Below are positions 60,175 to 64,000 of a stretch of 64,000 bases of DNA, piece after piece. The stretch covers positions 26,102,001-26,166,000 of the forward strand of contig NC_043001.1 of assembly GCF_006345805.1 (NCBI RefSeq), in the 5' to 3' direction. The first letter of the stretch is position 1. The number at the start of each line of letters is the position of its first letter. The position numbers were made by a program, and so were the translations under genes. The stretch is from Octopus sinensis (lineage: Eukaryota). The notes beneath the pieces are model-generated. The model did not search any database. It was not told where the DNA came from and worked only from the letters and a program-made list of their open reading frames with translations.

Positions 60175-60571
60175 AGACATGGCCATGTGGTAAGAAGTTT
60201 TCTACCCAACCAAATGGTTTTGGGTTCAGTCCCATTGTATGACACCTTGGACAAGTGCCTTTTACTATAGCCCTGGCCAAAGCCTTGTGGGTGGATTTGG
60301 TAGACAGAAAATGAAAGAAGCTTGTGTGTGTGTGCACAAGTGTGTTATTGCCTTGTAGCCTTGGCATTGCATGATAGTTATAAATGGATGTTACTGTCAT
60401 ACAAGCAGTGTCTACAGTTTCCAATTTTCCATGAATACATGTCTGGTTATACCTTGCTGGAAAGTGGGTAAGGGTTGGCAACAGGAAGAGTATCTGGCTG
60501 TAGAAAACCTGCCTTAAGAAATTCCAGTCAACCTATGCAAGCATGGGAAAATGGATGCTCAAATGATGATG
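60175..60571 (+). mobile_element. SINE-A2 (A head plus RTE-like tail), second copy
   Basis: Same architecture as 42095-42495; ends gggttggcaacaggaagagtatctggctgtagaaa...atgcaagcatgggaaaatggatgctcaaatgatgatg. Confidence 0.8.
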
Positions 60572-60969
60572 GTAAAATGTAAATACAAGAAGCCTTCTGC
60601 AAGTGTCTTCTACTACAGCCTTAGTTGATCGATATCTGTGAATAGAATTTGGTATGCAAATACTGTGCAGAAGTTTGTTGTGTGTGCATATGTACACATA
60701 TGCACACACTCACCCACACACACACACACACATAAATATATATAGTTACAAATGTATATATTTAGAAGCATAAAAACAATGAACATTGACTTAATAGAAG
60801 ATTCAGTATGTGTAGAGTCCACCTATTTATCATAAATATATTGACAGTTACATTGAAATTACACAAGGTTTGTAGCTTTTTGAAACACTCTGAATAAACC
60901 ACAGAACTAGTGAAATTTAGTCCATCACAGGCAGAATCAGTTCTTATTTGGAGTTATTGCTCTTCCAGG

Positions 60970-61260
60970 CAGGTTGGAGGACGGTTTCTTGTTTGTAACT
61001 TCTATTTTTAGCATGGTTTCTACAATTAGATACCCTTCCTATCACTAACCACTTTATAGAGTGTACCAGTTGCAATTTATCATGGCATTAGCATGAGAGA
61101 GGTTGTCATGTCTTTGACACTACCAAAGTGTATTGTCAATCCTACATTATTACTGTCTGATTGCCAACCACTTTACAGAGTGTCCTGGGTGCATTGTATC
61201 ACGGCACCAACACTAGACAGGTTGTATTGTCCCCTGCAAGACTACAAAGTCCTCTCTGCA
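60970..61260 (-). mobile_element. RTE tail (R family), very degenerate
   Basis: gcatggtttctacaattagatacccttcctatcactaaccactttatagagtgtacc, plus a second ccaaccactttacagagtgt unit. Confidence 0.55.
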
Positions 61261-63115
61261 CTATGTAATCTCTATTCTTTCAAAAAATATGTGACTGATA
61301 ATGCAAATAGAAAATGAGTGATGATCAGGAAAGTGCAAGAGAATGTTAGTATGAAAGTATGAGATGGAGAAGACAGAATGATAGGATGGTGGGGGTGGGG
61401 GTGGGGGGAGAGACATGGCAAAACCTATAAGTTGGTTGCTAGTAAGATGTTGAACAGGAAACAGCATGAAAAATGTTTTGGGGATAGCAGCAATAATAAT
61501 GTGCAAAGATAGGAGAGAGAGTGAGTGGTGGATAACAATAGAGATGAGTGATAGTGAGAGTGGCAGATGTTGGTAAAGGTTGAATGAGAGGAGAGAAAAA
61601 CAAGGGCAGAGGGAAATGATGGGTCGCTGTAGAGGGTAATGCTACTGAATATGGAAAGCTCTGATGTTATCCTTTTGTTTCACAGGCATAATGATGAAAG
61701 AAAAATAAAGTGACAGAGGGATGATGGTGGGAAAGAAGTAGAATTGTAATGACAATGGGTGATGGTGGGCAGGTGGATGGAATATCACTGGACTGAGAAT
61801 AATGGTTAGGGGTAGTAAAGAGCACCAGTAAGGGATACTGAATAATGAACAGACCTAATGTTCTTTTTTTACAATTAAGTAAAATACCAAATCATATTTA
61901 TTTATGCATATGCTTATCAACAAGACTATATTTGAACTTTGATATTTTTTTTCTATCAATTGTGCCCTTTTTTTATTAAAAATAAAAACAACAAAAATAG
62001 AATCATTATCATTTCTCATGTTAATACCAATGTCTACAGACAAAAATTCCAACAACTAATCTATGCAACAATTCTTCAGATCTGTTTTCCAAACATTTAA
62101 AATGTCCTTGCTGAAAGCAAAAAAATTCTAAACATTTTTTTCTCAAAAACACTCTATAACATTTGGGTATGCCGATAGATGAAAATTTCCATGTGAAATC
62201 TTAAACATTTACTTTATTTAGACATTAAATATTTAACTATTTCAGGGGAAGCATCCACATTTGCATCTTTTTCCTTTTTTTTTTTTTTTTTTTTTTTTTA
62301 CTAGAGTGGCATTCCTCATTGATTAATTTGGCACTTGAATGGAATAGATTTTGATAACTTTGTTATTTATTTACTTTTACTTTCGTTTGCTTATGGTGAT
62401 CTTTCAAATGATTATTAGATATGTTTCCTTTCCTTTGCTCTATTCCACACCCATCCATCTCTCTGTCTCAATGATAGTAGCACAGGAAGAAGAGAGAAAA
62501 AAAATGAAAAATGAGAGAGACAGAAGGGGTGGGAGGTAAACCAACAATAAAAAACCCAGAAAAACATTCAGAGTGGAATTTGGGGATAGGGAAAAGATGA
62601 TAGAAGTGAGAGGTAAGGGAGACATTAGACAGGAATAAAACATTTATGATCAGACCTCCCCCACTATACATTAGGCAGATGATCAAATAAAATGTCCTAA
62701 TAATATTTATATAGCTCAGCCCCTGTCTGAGAGGGAGACTAACAAAACCAAAGGGTAATGTAATTTGTGACATGTTTGAAACATTTTTAAAGGACAATGG
62801 TCAGAATTGACTGTGGTAAAGATATTTTCAATATGAGGAGAGTGACAATCCTTAAAATAAATACTTTACTACACAATCCATATGGTTTATTTCACAGTAA
62901 TGATGCCTATGTTTATTTAGAGCCTCTCAGGCAGACATAACTGTGCACTGATTAGTCATTCAAATCTGGGAATTTCTTATCGAAACACACATGCTAAATT
63001 ACATTGTCAAGAAATTAGAATTTTACTTTAATGATATCGAGAATGATTTTAGGATTTCGTTTTCTTTCAGAAAAAGAGTTTAGCATTATTTTGGGAAAGA
63101 ATATTTTCAATATAC

Positions 63116-63540
63116 ATCATCATTATCATCATCATCGTTTAACGTCTGCTTTCTATGCTAGCATGGGTTGGACGATTTGACTGAGGACTGGAGAACCAGA
63201 TGGCTGCACCAGGCTCCAGTCTGATCTGGCAGAGTTTCTACAGCTTGATGCCCTTCCTAACGCCAACCACTCCGAGAGTGTAGTGGATGCTTTTAAAGTG
63301 CCACTGGCACGAGGGCCAGTCTGGCAGTACTGGCAATGGCCACACTTGAAAATGGTGTTTTTTACGTGCCACCTGCACATGAGTCAGTCCAGCAGCACTG
63401 GCAACGACCTTGCTCGAATGTTTTGTTCACGTACCACTGGCACGATTGCCAGTGAGGCGACGCTGACAACGATCATGCTCAAATGGTGCTCTTTATGTGC
63501 CAGACAGCTGCTCTGGCAGTGATCCCGCTTGGATGGAGCT
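63116..63540 (-). mobile_element. RTE 3' tail (R family), long copy
   Basis: Near-identical to 26975-27341 over most of its length, with one more internal unit. Confidence 0.92.
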
Positions 63541-64000
63541 GTTAGAATATAACAAAATAAAAATGATGTCATAGTGGTAATTTGGTGTAGAATCCTTTCC
63601 CAAAATAGTTGTAACTATGTGCATGCAATGGTTAATAGATTATGATTGATCTTGTTTAAACTGGTGATGTCTCACACAGAATGGTCAACATTAACATGAA
63701 ACAGGTGTAATGCAAATAAAATTAGAGCATGAGATGACAATGTTAAGAGCACAAGCAAGAAGAAACTTGTACAACGGCCTGTCATTTTTTTACTTAATAG
63801 ACCAGTAGATATTTTTTCATAATTATTTCAGTGCTTACTTTCCTTGACACTGTCACAGCAACTTTAATTTCTAAGAATAAACCTTATAATAATATTTTTC
63901 TTTACTCCTGTTGATTGGTGTTCTTTTATATAACTAAACATCATACTCTGCAAGGTATGTGTTTTTTTAATTAATAAGATATTCCAACTGACATGGCAGC

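Overview
AT-rich (roughly one-third GC by eye), repeat-saturated eukaryotic DNA. From my recognition of its SINE and RTE-tail families it is most likely an Octopus (coleoid cephalopod) intron or intergenic region; this is inference, no search was run. I can support no intact protein-coding gene. The ORF track is explained by microsatellite translation or decayed non-LTR retrotransposons (RTE clade, CR1-like). The window holds several tRNA-headed SINE families built from shuffled modules (labelled SINE-A/B/C and repeat-D), many RTE 3' tails ending in (GAT)n, hAT- and piggyBac-type MITEs, a Helitron-like inverted structure, minisatellites and many microsatellites. The top leads are: (1) a tRNA-headed element at 18321-18725 whose tail carries a Penelope-type minimal hammerhead ribozyme motif and which has an inverted copy of that tail in front, i.e. 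a candidate SINE mobilised by Penelope-like elements; (2) a well-formed minus-strand 27-nt microexon / recursive-splice exon at 5475-5501 (branch point, pyrimidine tract, TAG|GTAAGT ... TTG|GTAAGT), with weaker AG|GT sites on the same strand; (3) a Helitron-like fold-back unit with a tail-to-head junction and a terminal CTAG palindrome at 43889-45291. Boundaries of degenerate repeats are approximate (about 10-30 bp).
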